From contig JACPAV010000017.1 of NCBI GenBank assembly GCA_016180645.1, positions 1 to 64,000 of the forward strand: a DNA stretch of 64,000 bases. The letters are read 5' to 3'. Below the pieces are notes generated by a model, which was given only the letters and a program-made list of their open reading frames with translations, ran no database searches and was not told the DNA's origin. This document shows positions 1 through 7,028 of the stretch, piece by piece (positions within the stretch are counted from its first letter, which is position 1; each line of letters opens with the position of its first letter). The translations under genes were made by a program, and so were the position numbers. This stretch comes from Nitrospirota bacterium. Lineage in GTDB: Bacteria; JACPQY01.

Positions 1-9
1 ATGCCGATT

Positions 10-70
10 CGTAGGGGAGCATCTTCAGATGCTCCCTCTTGTCGGGAGGGTCTGAAGACCCTCCCCTACG
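10..70. repeat. REP/MITE-like compound palindromic element, family 1: GTAGGGGAG-hairpin-spacer-hairpin-CCCCTAC
   Basis: cgtaggggagcatcTTCAGatgctccctc ttgtc gggagggtcTGAAgaccctcccctacg. Two GC-rich stems with T/A loops, flanked by inverted GTAGG/CCTAC ends. Near-identical architecture to the element at 58154-58239. Confidence 0.7.
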
Positions 71-388
71 CATAATGACCAACATAAACCTTTCAAAAAT
101 GGCAAAAGTCGAGCTAAGTCTTTACAACAGTGTGGGCTGGTATCGGACGAACCGCCCCACGCCGAGCTGGACCATCGTCATTGGCACCCGGTCGAGGTTG
201 AAGTGCACAGTGAGAATCACTGGATCGGACGGTTGAAGCGGGCAACGGTCCCATCGACTGCGCTTTATCTCAAGCAATGCTTGAATTCTCGCTCGCGGGC
301 GTTCCGGTGAATCCGGGCGGAATCGAGTCGTGCGCTGCGCCGCTGCCTCGAAATCAGGGGGGGGGGGTGCGGCTGCTTCTTTCCGAAG

Positions 389-2020
389 TCACGGCGTTCG
401 CCCCATGCTTGCGAGGGCTGTTTGTTCCGGCGGTGTTTGGCTTCCCAGAACCTGGCTGAGCGTTTCAGTGAGGTCTATCGGGGAGAACGGTTTGGCAAGA
501 ATCATGTTCGTGAGGCTGGATAGAAATCCCCTCGTTTCATCAGACACAATGTCCCCGGTGGAGAAAATAACGCGATCTCTAAGCTTCGGCCGGTGGGTGG
601 CGATCCACGCGTAGATTTCCACACCCCCGACACTGCCCGGCATGGTTAGGTCCGTAATCACCGCATCGAAATCTTTCGAATCCAGCGCGACCAGAGCGGC
701 TTGGCCATCCGAGGCCGTTACCACTTCGTGCTGGTCCTTCAAAATGCGTTTCGTGATCTGCAGGATCATGGTCTCATTGTCCACAACGAGGATGTGGCCC
801 CGTCGGGTCACCTTGGCCGGCTTGGGCTGCTTGGGCTTGGCCTGCGTCATGGTTATGGATTCCACCGACGGCAGCCAAATGCTGATCCGTGCGCCTCCCT
901 CCGCGCGATTGGCGGCGATCATCGTGCCTTCGTGCTCCTTGATGATTCCGTAGCTGACACTGAGCCCGAGCCCCGTTCCGGAGCCCACGGGCTTGGTTGT
1001 GTAAAAGGGTTCGAAAGCTCTGGACAGATCCTTGAACCCCGGCCCGTCGTCCTCAAAATCGATTCGGATCCTGCCGTCCTCTGCCTTCGTTCGTATCGCT
1101 AGAGTTCCCCCCTTGTTCTTTTCCCGCATCGCGTCGTAGGCATTGCCGATCAGGTTCAGGAAAACCTGAGATATCTGGCAGGGATCTCCCGCCGTGGTGG
1201 GGAGAGAAGCATCGTACTCGGGAAGGAGTTTCACGTCGTGGACCGCAAACTCGTATTGGCGGAGCGTGAGGGTTTGGTCGAGAAGCTGGTTCATGTCGAC
1301 GGGAGTTTTCCTGGGCGGCTCATTGCGCACGAAGCGCAGCAGGTTCTGCACGATCCTCCGACAGCGATGGGCGGCTTGGAGGATGCTGTCCAGCATGTCG
1401 TGTGCATCTTCAATCGAGTCAGTCTTCATGAGCAGTTCCGCATTCCCCAGGATGACGGTGAGCGGATTGTTGAGCTCATGGGCCGTGCCGGACATCAGCT
1501 CTCCCACGGCAGAGAGTTTCTCGGCTTGTCGCAGTTGCTCCTCAACCTCCTTGCGGCGGGTCACGTCGATGACGAGGAGGAGGAGGCGCTCCTCCTCTGC
1601 ACTCGAAACAGCGACCGCACACACTTCCATGGGGTAGCCCCGGTACTTGCACAATTGGTATTTCACGGTCTCCCGAGACCGGGCTGCATCGGTGATGAAA
1701 CCGACGACCGACGCCCCTTCAGCGCCCGGGAACACTTCCCGGATGTTCTTTCCGAAGAGAAAGTCCTTGGCATGCCCGAAGAGTTCACGGAAGGAAGAGC
1801 TTGTGGAAACGACGCGCAAGTCCGCATCGAGTACGACCAGCGCGAAAGGGATGGACGTCATGATGTCGCACGTGAGTTGTTTGGCCCTCAGGATCTCGGC
1901 TTCACGGCTTCGAGTACGGTTGGTCACAGCCGATATTCTCAATGGGTCCATTTGGGAAGTGTCCGTCTCACCTCGGACGCAGCTCAGGGTGAGCCTCCGG
2001 AGGAGGTTGTGTCGGCACAA
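389..2020 (-). CDS. Hybrid sensor histidine kinase (PAS - HisKA - HATPase_c - C-terminal REC receiver)
   Basis: H-box AHELNNPLTVILGNAELL; N/G boxes NLIGNAYDAM, DDGPGF, GSGTGLGLSV; C-terminal receiver ILVVDNE...DAVITDLTMPG...AKPF. True start may be the internal Met near 1951, because the ORF-table start overlaps the gvpJ-like gene. Confidence 0.85.
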   Translation of the reverse strand: MCRHNLLRRLTLSCVRGETDTSQMDPLRISAVTNRTRSREAEILRAKQLTCDIMTSIPFALVVLDADLRVVSTSSSFRELFGHAKDFLFGKNIREVFPGAEGASVVGFITDAARSRETVKYQLCKYRGYPMEVCAVAVSSAEEERLLLLVIDVTRRKEVEEQLRQAEKLSAVGELMSGTAHELNNPLTVILGNAELLMKTDSIEDAHDMLDSILQAAHRCRRIVQNLLRFVRNEPPRKTPVDMNQLLDQTLTLRQYEFAVHDVKLLPEYDASLPTTAGDPCQISQVFLNLIGNAYDAMREKNKGGTLAIRTKAEDGRIRIDFEDDGPGFKDLSRAFEPFYTTKPVGSGTGLGLSVSYGIIKEHEGTMIAANRAEGGARISIWLPSVESITMTQAKPKQPKPAKVTRRGHILVVDNETMILQITKRILKDQHEVVTASDGQAALVALDSKDFDAVITDLTMPGSVGGVEIYAWIATHRPKLRDRVIFSTGDIVSDETRGFLSSLTNMILAKPFSPIDLTETLSQVLGSQTPPEQTALASMGRTP

Positions 2021-2207
2021 TCAGCTCGCGCATCATCCCATACTTTGACATCGTCTCCACGCTCGCGATGGCCGCGCGTAGCGATACGGCAATCAGAGGG
2101 ACACCGGCAAGGGAAACGATTAAATCGGCATTGAGAAGGAGCCCCTTGTCCAGGACCCTGTCCAGAAGGTCTATGAGGGTTGCTTGTTCGGCACGAGTAG
2201 GTTCCAT
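1968..2207 (-). CDS. Gas vesicle protein, GvpA family (GvpJ/GvpS-like)
   Basis: GvpA-family core LIDLLDRVLDKGLLLNADLIVSLAGVPLIAVSLRAAIASVET. The six-frame ORF has a long spurious N-terminal extension; the internal Met at 2207 gives a ~79 aa product. Confidence 0.75.
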   Translation of the reverse strand: MEPTRAEQATLIDLLDRVLDKGLLLNADLIVSLAGVPLIAVSLRAAIASVETMSKYGMMRELIVPTQPPPEAHPELRPR

Positions 2208-2214
2208 GCCAATC

Positions 2215-3132
2215 TCATAGGTTGACAAAACTGTAAGGAGGCCACGGTCCCGTAAAGCGGAGAAAGAACCCCTCGATCCTGCCGATCTTCTCGAGTTCAT
2301 TTCCCAGGCCCGAGGCGTCTCCCTTCGGCATGAGGCAGGAAAAGTTGGCCAGCATCTGGCGGGGAGGCTGCTCCCTCCTTGCCTTTTCGACCTGGACCTC
2401 AAGCGAACACGCCTTGATCCTTTGATAGAATTCCTTGAAATAGATGTCCGCTCCTGCCTCCAGTCTCCTGCGCACAAGGCCCTCAAGTTTTTGCTTCAAG
2501 AGATAGGCCGCGCCGGGAGTTTTCCCCTGAATCTCCTGTTCAAGCTTTTGGATCTCCGCGTCGTTCTTTGTCAATCTCGGCCCCACGATCATTGGATCCC
2601 AGGAGACTTGGACCCCGTACTCGGCCTTTCCTCTAAGCTTCGCCATCTTTCCCCTGAGGGATTCCGCCTCCAACGCCAACCATTCCCGCAGGTTCTCCTC
2701 GGCCGATTTCCCGTCCTTTGGAACAACGACCGCCCCAAAGCTGGAGGGAACCACCGCGCTGCATTTCTCCCACATGGACTCAACCACCGTCTGATGCACC
2801 ATGACCCACTCGGAAACGCGCCTCGCATCCTCCGTTGGAAGGGGCGCGTCACACTCCTGTACGATGGCCGAAAGGCCTTGAGCGGAAAGAGAGAAAACGG
2901 AACCTCCCTCGATTCCCTTGAGGCCCGGGTCGATCTCCTGCGACCCTTCGGCCACACAGTAGACATAGAGTCCTTTTTCACCCCGCACCAATCCTCTCGG
3001 CGGCGATTCGATCGCCAACACGTGGAGCCGACAGGCGACTTCGTCGCCCCTGTGTTCGCATGCCGGAGCGCCTTGTTCGGGATTGGTGCGGGGTTCACCC
3101 ATGGGCCGGACTCCCTTCCTGCATCGAGACAC
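2215..3132 (-). CDS. Gas vesicle protein GvpF/GvpL family (paralog 4)
   Basis: N-terminal GLYVYCV motif and C-terminal FTGPWPPYSFVNL, both typical of GvpL_GvpF (PF06386). Confidence 0.8.
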   Translation of the reverse strand: MSRCRKGVRPMGEPRTNPEQGAPACEHRGDEVACRLHVLAIESPPRGLVRGEKGLYVYCVAEGSQEIDPGLKGIEGGSVFSLSAQGLSAIVQECDAPLPTEDARRVSEWVMVHQTVVESMWEKCSAVVPSSFGAVVVPKDGKSAEENLREWLALEAESLRGKMAKLRGKAEYGVQVSWDPMIVGPRLTKNDAEIQKLEQEIQGKTPGAAYLLKQKLEGLVRRRLEAGADIYFKEFYQRIKACSLEVQVEKARREQPPRQMLANFSCLMPKGDASGLGNELEKIGRIEGFFLRFTGPWPPYSFVNL

Positions 3133-3421
3133 GGCCGGGGTCCGAAACGGTGTGGATCATCCGTGCCACAATGTCGTCCAATCCATCCCGGACGGATCGC
3201 ACCGCTTCGGAAACCCCCTGTTCCTCCTTGATCGAGTCGATGGCGCGGTCAAGCTCGATCAGGGCGTTGCCCAACCTCTCGATCTCCCGGTCCGTCAGAT
3301 GCCCTGCATCCATCCGTTTCACCGCTTGGATCTTGAGCGTGTCACGGACCACTTCGACCACCGCAAGAACAAGACCCAGGAGCCCATGTTTGAGCTCCTG
3401 ATCGTCCATCTCGATCTTCAC
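3095..3421 (-). CDS. gvpK: Gas vesicle protein GvpK
   Basis: LLGLVLAVVEVVRDTLKIQAVKRMDAGHLTDREIERLGNAL matches the GvpK coiled-coil signature. Confidence 0.75.
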   Translation of the reverse strand: MKIEMDDQELKHGLLGLVLAVVEVVRDTLKIQAVKRMDAGHLTDREIERLGNALIELDRAIDSIKEEQGVSEAVRSVRDGLDDIVARMIHTVSDPGRVSMQEGSPAHG

Positions 3422-3436
3422 CCCCCACCTCCCCGG

Positions 3437-3466
3437 ATCTCAAATTTGAAATTTGAAATCTCAAAT
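3437..3466. promoter_or_regulatory. AT-rich AAATTTG tandem/palindromic island immediately upstream of the gvpK start
   Basis: tcAAATTTGAAATTTGAAATcTCAAATTg. A 30 nt, nearly pure A/T block in a >60% GC genome. It contains the palindrome CAAATTTG twice and lies 16-45 nt upstream of the gvpK ATG. Confidence 0.4.
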
Positions 3467-3488
3467 TGCGTGGAAAGGTGGCGGGGGG

Positions 3489-3674
3489 TCATGTCTTGAC
3501 CCGCCCGAATCTCCGCTCAATTTTCTTCCGAATCTCCTTGATCCGGGGACCGAAGGTTCCGGATTTTTCTGCTTTCTTGAAAAAGCCGTGGAATCCGGGG
3601 ATGATCTTGTCCACGGCGCCGAGGATCTGATCGGAGACTCGTTCCGGTGCGCCCTTTTTTCCTTCTTCCTTCAT
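3489..3674 (-). CDS. Small basic hypothetical protein (61 aa) inside the gvp operon
   Basis: ATG preceded by GGAGGA at -5 on the minus strand. Lysine/arginine rich. No recognisable family. Confidence 0.45.
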   Translation of the reverse strand: MKEEGKKGAPERVSDQILGAVDKIIPGFHGFFKKAEKSGTFGPRIKEIRKKIERRFGRVKT

Positions 3675-3686
3675 AAGTCCTCCTTC

Positions 3687-3914
3687 TCATTTCACCGCTT
3701 CCACGGGGGTCCCCATGCGCATATCCGAAGGGAAGGCGAGCCCCCACTTCGCCGCCGTCTCGAATGAGGCCAGTGCGGCCCGGAGCTTGATGGAGAGGAG
3801 TTCCGTCTTACATAGAGAAATGACGATATCGGCATTGATCACCAGCCCCTTGTCCAGAACCCGCTCGACCACGTCCGCGAGACTCTCGCCGTGCGTTGCA
3901 TGTTGGACCGGCAT
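3687..3914 (-). CDS. Gas vesicle structural protein, GvpA family (second copy, GvpJ/M-like)
   Basis: LADVVERVLDKGLVINADIVISLCKTELLSIKLRAALASFETAAKWG. Canonical GvpA-family hydrophobic core. Confidence 0.8.
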   Translation of the reverse strand: MPVQHATHGESLADVVERVLDKGLVINADIVISLCKTELLSIKLRAALASFETAAKWGLAFPSDMRMGTPVEAVK

Positions 3915-3935
3915 CTCCAGCTCCTTCCCGGAAAC

Positions 3936-4310
3936 CTAGATTTCCTCACGCTCTTCGGTCGCGTAGCTCCGTTCCCTTGAGGCGCTCAGAGCGAAACCCA
4001 CAACCGCAAGCCCTTCATCAAGCTGAATGCTGTAGATATTCCTGTCGAAGATCACGGGGTAGCCCAGTTTCTGCAAGTACTTGTTTTGCTCCGTCACCTC
4101 GACCCTTCCTTCCCAACCCTCCTCCGATCTTGAGAGCTTGATGAGCCGGAATTCCTCCCTTTCTTTTCCAAGCTCCGTGACAAGGAATTCCACCACTTTT
4201 TCCTGGACCTCATGTATCCCCGGCATGTCAATCACCTTCTTCCCGTTTCTGTATCTCGGCCAGCCGCTCCAGGAGCTCCTTCTCCCTCGCGTTGTATTCC
4301 TCCTCTCCAA
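3936..4310 (-). CDS. GvpO-like gas vesicle protein
   Basis: SRSEEGWEGRVEVTE ... YSIQLDEGLAVVGFA resembles GvpO (PF05800). The real start may be the internal Met (MPGIHEV) because the ORF overlaps gvpG. Confidence 0.5.
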   Translation of the reverse strand: MERRNTTRGRRSSWSGWPRYRNGKKVIDMPGIHEVQEKVVEFLVTELGKEREEFRLIKLSRSEEGWEGRVEVTEQNKYLQKLGYPVIFDRNIYSIQLDEGLAVVGFALSASRERSYATEEREEI

Positions 4311-4470
4311 TTTCCTCCATGTCGAGCTTTGCTTGGAGCGTCACGAGCTCTTCCTGGATCCTGTCCGGATCGTAAAGCTCCTTGTCGGCGAGATCTCGGA
4401 GCTTTTCGCCGACCCACGTGATCCCTTTGATGGGGGCGAGGAGGAGATCATCCAGGAGAAACATGTGCAA
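4228..4470 (-). CDS. gvpG: Gas vesicle protein GvpG
   Basis: N-terminus MFLLDDLLLAPIKG is the GvpG signature, followed by an acidic coiled coil. Confidence 0.7.
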   Translation of the reverse strand: MHMFLLDDLLLAPIKGITWVGEKLRDLADKELYDPDRIQEELVTLQAKLDMEEIGEEEYNAREKELLERLAEIQKREEGD

Positions 4471-5254
4471 CGTCCTCCAGGGCTTGTCCAGGATCCCTCT
4501 GCCATCGGATGGCGATTTCTACGAAATTGAACGGTGGAATAGGACCGAGGTACTTGAAATGCAGCGCGTCTCCATACTTCATCTCCAGTACCTCAACCTT
4601 TCCATCAAAAGCCTCCCGTTTTTCTTTTTCCACGAGAAACGCGGCGTTCAGGATCATCGCATCCCCGAGGGTCTTGTTTTGTTTCCTCTCCGCGGCGAGG
4701 GGCGAGAGCGCATCCATCAGCGCCCGGCCGACCGCCTCGTTTTTTGCCCGAGCCGCTTCCTGCACCAAGTGGCCGATGTCGATCAGGGCCATCCTCCTCG
4801 CTTCCTCGGGCAGGGAAGAAATCCACTCCTTCTTGTGTCGGATCTTCTCATCGTTCGCGCCGATCTCTCGATAAACCCCGTCCAGATCCTTCCACCGTAC
4901 TCGAAGCCCAACCTCCTCCTTGCCGGCTATCCGGGTGAAGCCTTCTTCAAATTCCCCCACCTTGGCGCGCAGAACCTCTTCGATGATCCTGTCTTGATCC
5001 TCCGCAAGGGTGGCGAACTTGACCGGCAGGAGCCGGTGAGTCTGCATCACCCTTTCATTCACGAGCTGATGGGCCATAAGAAAATCACGGACGAGGCGGT
5101 ACTTTCTCATCGGTTCCTCGGAGACGACGGCGGCAAAATCGCCGTCAGCCACCACAAAGACGGGCCTCGTCCCCTGAATCCCGAGGCAATCCCACTTCAT
5201 TTCCCCCCTGTTCTCAATGATACAATACATCCACAGGCCCATCCGTTCCGTCAT
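4448..5254 (-). CDS. Gas vesicle protein GvpF/GvpL family (paralog 3)
   Basis: MYCIIE start motif and C-terminal KYLGPIPPFNFVEI. The start codon overlaps the stop of the upstream paralog (ATGA). The ORF-table N-terminal 171 aa are rejected as an extension. Confidence 0.75.
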   Translation of the reverse strand: MTERMGLWMYCIIENRGEMKWDCLGIQGTRPVFVVADGDFAAVVSEEPMRKYRLVRDFLMAHQLVNERVMQTHRLLPVKFATLAEDQDRIIEEVLRAKVGEFEEGFTRIAGKEEVGLRVRWKDLDGVYREIGANDEKIRHKKEWISSLPEEARRMALIDIGHLVQEAARAKNEAVGRALMDALSPLAAERKQNKTLGDAMILNAAFLVEKEKREAFDGKVEVLEMKYGDALHFKYLGPIPPFNFVEIAIRWQRDPGQALEDVAHVSPG

Positions 5255-6006
5255 CGTCTTCCCCCATTCCAGTGCATTTGCACATTTACAAAACTGAACG
5301 GAGGCATGGGTCCTACGTATTTCACCGCCAACCTCCCGCCATGTTCCTCGCTGATCCGTTCTATCCGGGCATCGAACTCCTGAACCCAGTCCCGGTCCAG
5401 CAGGAACACAGCGTTCACGACCATGTTGTCCGTCCTCGATTCGTCTTCTTTGCATTCGACCGAGACCTTTTTGAGGGGCCGCAGGTACTCCCCTCCCTCC
5501 ACTGCCTTCTTTTCCTCCAAGGCCATCTCCACTAATTGACCCGCATGGGTCAGCGCCTGCTTGCTCCCGCCGGCCGCTCTTGCCTTGAGTTCCCGGATCT
5601 TCCGGTTTTCCCCGACAATCTCCTCGTATATCCCTTTCATGCCCTTCCAGAGGATCCGGATGCCGACTTCCACCTTTCCATCCATGTCTCTGAGGAGGTT
5701 TCTCAGCTCTCTGTTTCGATCTTCGAGAAGGGCCAGGATCTCGTCGGTGGATTTCGCAACCGTGCAAAACCGCATCGGAAGGATCGTGAATCGCTTCGCC
5801 ACGGTCTCGATGACCCGGACATGGTTGCTCACATTTTCCCTCGAAATCGCGGGACGATCGGATGATACATTGCTGAGGACCGCGGCAAGCCCACCGGCGC
5901 CGACGGTAACCACCTCATCCTGCGTCCCGCCGATTCCGATGGGCCCGAAGTTCATCGCCTCTTCTGTGGCGATGATCCCATAGATGTACTTTCCCTCGTT
6001 GTTCAC
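5251..6006 (-). CDS. Gas vesicle protein GvpF/GvpL family (paralog 2)
   Basis: KYIYGII start motif and C-terminal KYVGPMPPFSFVNV. A likely GTG start at 6006 overlaps the upstream stop (GTGA). Confidence 0.75.
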   Translation of the reverse strand: MNNEGKYIYGIIATEEAMNFGPIGIGGTQDEVVTVGAGGLAAVLSNVSSDRPAISRENVSNHVRVIETVAKRFTILPMRFCTVAKSTDEILALLEDRNRELRNLLRDMDGKVEVGIRILWKGMKGIYEEIVGENRKIRELKARAAGGSKQALTHAGQLVEMALEEKKAVEGGEYLRPLKKVSVECKEDESRTDNMVVNAVFLLDRDWVQEFDARIERISEEHGGRLAVKYVGPMPPFSFVNVQMHWNGGRR

Positions 6007-7028
6007 GGGGCCACGCCCCCCCTTTGGGCGTCCAACACTTGGAGGCGAACATGGTGTTCCACGGCTTCTTTTTCCAGGGACCGCGGCCCGTCCTTGCAGT
6101 AATCGCCGACGGACTGATAGGCCCTGTTCAGACGTTCGAAAAACACGGGTGAAAGATCGGGATGGGTGTCCGGGTGACACTGTCTGGAAAGCTCCTTGTA
6201 CGTCCTCTTGACTCCGCTCAGTTCAGCCGTCCCATTCAGATGGAGGATTCCCGCGGCCTCCTGAATCTTTGCGGGATCGAACCTCTTGATCGTCACGGTC
6301 CCGAAGCTATATGGCGGGAGGGGACCGATGCACTTGAAGTGGAGTCTACGGAAGATCGCGTCCATCCCTCCCAAGGCCCGGTCGAAGTCCTCCATCCGGT
6401 TTCGTCGAACAAGAAAAGAGGCGTTGAAAACCATTGCGTCGTCCAGCACGTCGTGTTCTACGATACCCTCCGCGATGGTCCCCAGCGCCGACGTAAGTTG
6501 CCCGCGCCACACCTTCGCTCGCCTTCTCAGGGCTTGCTGAAGGAGCATGCCGATTGCAGCCCGGTCGACGAACTCCCCTCGGGCCATTTTCCCCTTATAG
6601 GTGACGATCTGAGGGTCTTCATCCGAAATCTCGCGAAGGATCTCGGGAACCACCCACGTGGCGACGAGGTTGATTTCCGAACAGCCCTCCAGACGGTTGA
6701 TGAGGTCGCGCAGAAAGGGTCCGCCGTCGGAGAAGATCCGTTCAAGTTCGGAATCGTCCTTCAGCACCGTTCCGAACTTGAACGGAAGGATGAAGAATCT
6801 TTTCATCACCTCCTCGATCGTCGCCTGATGGGCGAGAAGAAAACGCACCAGCGCTTCCTTCGGTACTTGGGAGAATTCACGGAGAGGGGCCGGCCCGACC
6901 ACCGCGGCAAGCTCCCCATGAGGGATGGTCTTGACGCGTCCTCTTTCTCCCCCGATCGCTTCAAACCCGATCGGCCCAAAGTCCATCGCCTCCCGGTGAG
7001 GAATGACTCCGTATAGATAAAGACTCAT
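6003..7028 (-). CDS. GvpF/GvpL-family protein fused to a C-terminal DnaJ J-domain (paralog 1)
   Basis: MSLYLYGVIP start and KCIGPLPPYSFGTV GvpF/L end, then ILHLNGTAELSGVKRTYKELSRQCHPDTHPDLSPVFFERLNRAYQSVGDY. The HPD tripeptide and flanking helices fit the J-domain (PF00226). The start ATG overlaps the CDC48-like stop (ATGA). Confidence 0.7.
   Translation of the reverse strand: MSLYLYGVIPHREAMDFGPIGFEAIGGERGRVKTIPHGELAAVVGPAPLREFSQVPKEALVRFLLAHQATIEEVMKRFFILPFKFGTVLKDDSELERIFSDGGPFLRDLINRLEGCSEINLVATWVVPEILREISDEDPQIVTYKGKMARGEFVDRAAIGMLLQQALRRRAKVWRGQLTSALGTIAEGIVEHDVLDDAMVFNASFLVRRNRMEDFDRALGGMDAIFRRLHFKCIGPLPPYSFGTVTIKRFDPAKIQEAAGILHLNGTAELSGVKRTYKELSRQCHPDTHPDLSPVFFERLNRAYQSVGDYCKDGPRSLEKEAVEHHVRLQVLDAQRGGVAP

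Noticed and set aside
100-388. Possible ncRNA or small ORFs (39-236, 277-459, 330-614) downstream of the histidine kinase
   Set aside because: No conserved RNA motifs or credible protein features. ORF 39-236 is largely made of the REP-like element. Left unannotated.
1238-2134. 298 aa plus-strand ORF antisense to the hybrid histidine kinase
   Set aside because: It lies entirely within a well-supported minus-strand gene and has a low-complexity, Arg/Gly-rich translation typical of antisense frames in GC-rich DNA.
5255-5767. Long N-terminal extensions of the ORF-table entries for gvpF/L paralogs, the CDC48-like gene, gvpN and the GvpA-family gene at 1968-2486
   Set aside because: The extensions overlap the upstream genes, are Arg/Gly-rich and lack homology. 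Conserved family start motifs and ATGA/GTGA coupling indicate the shorter genes.
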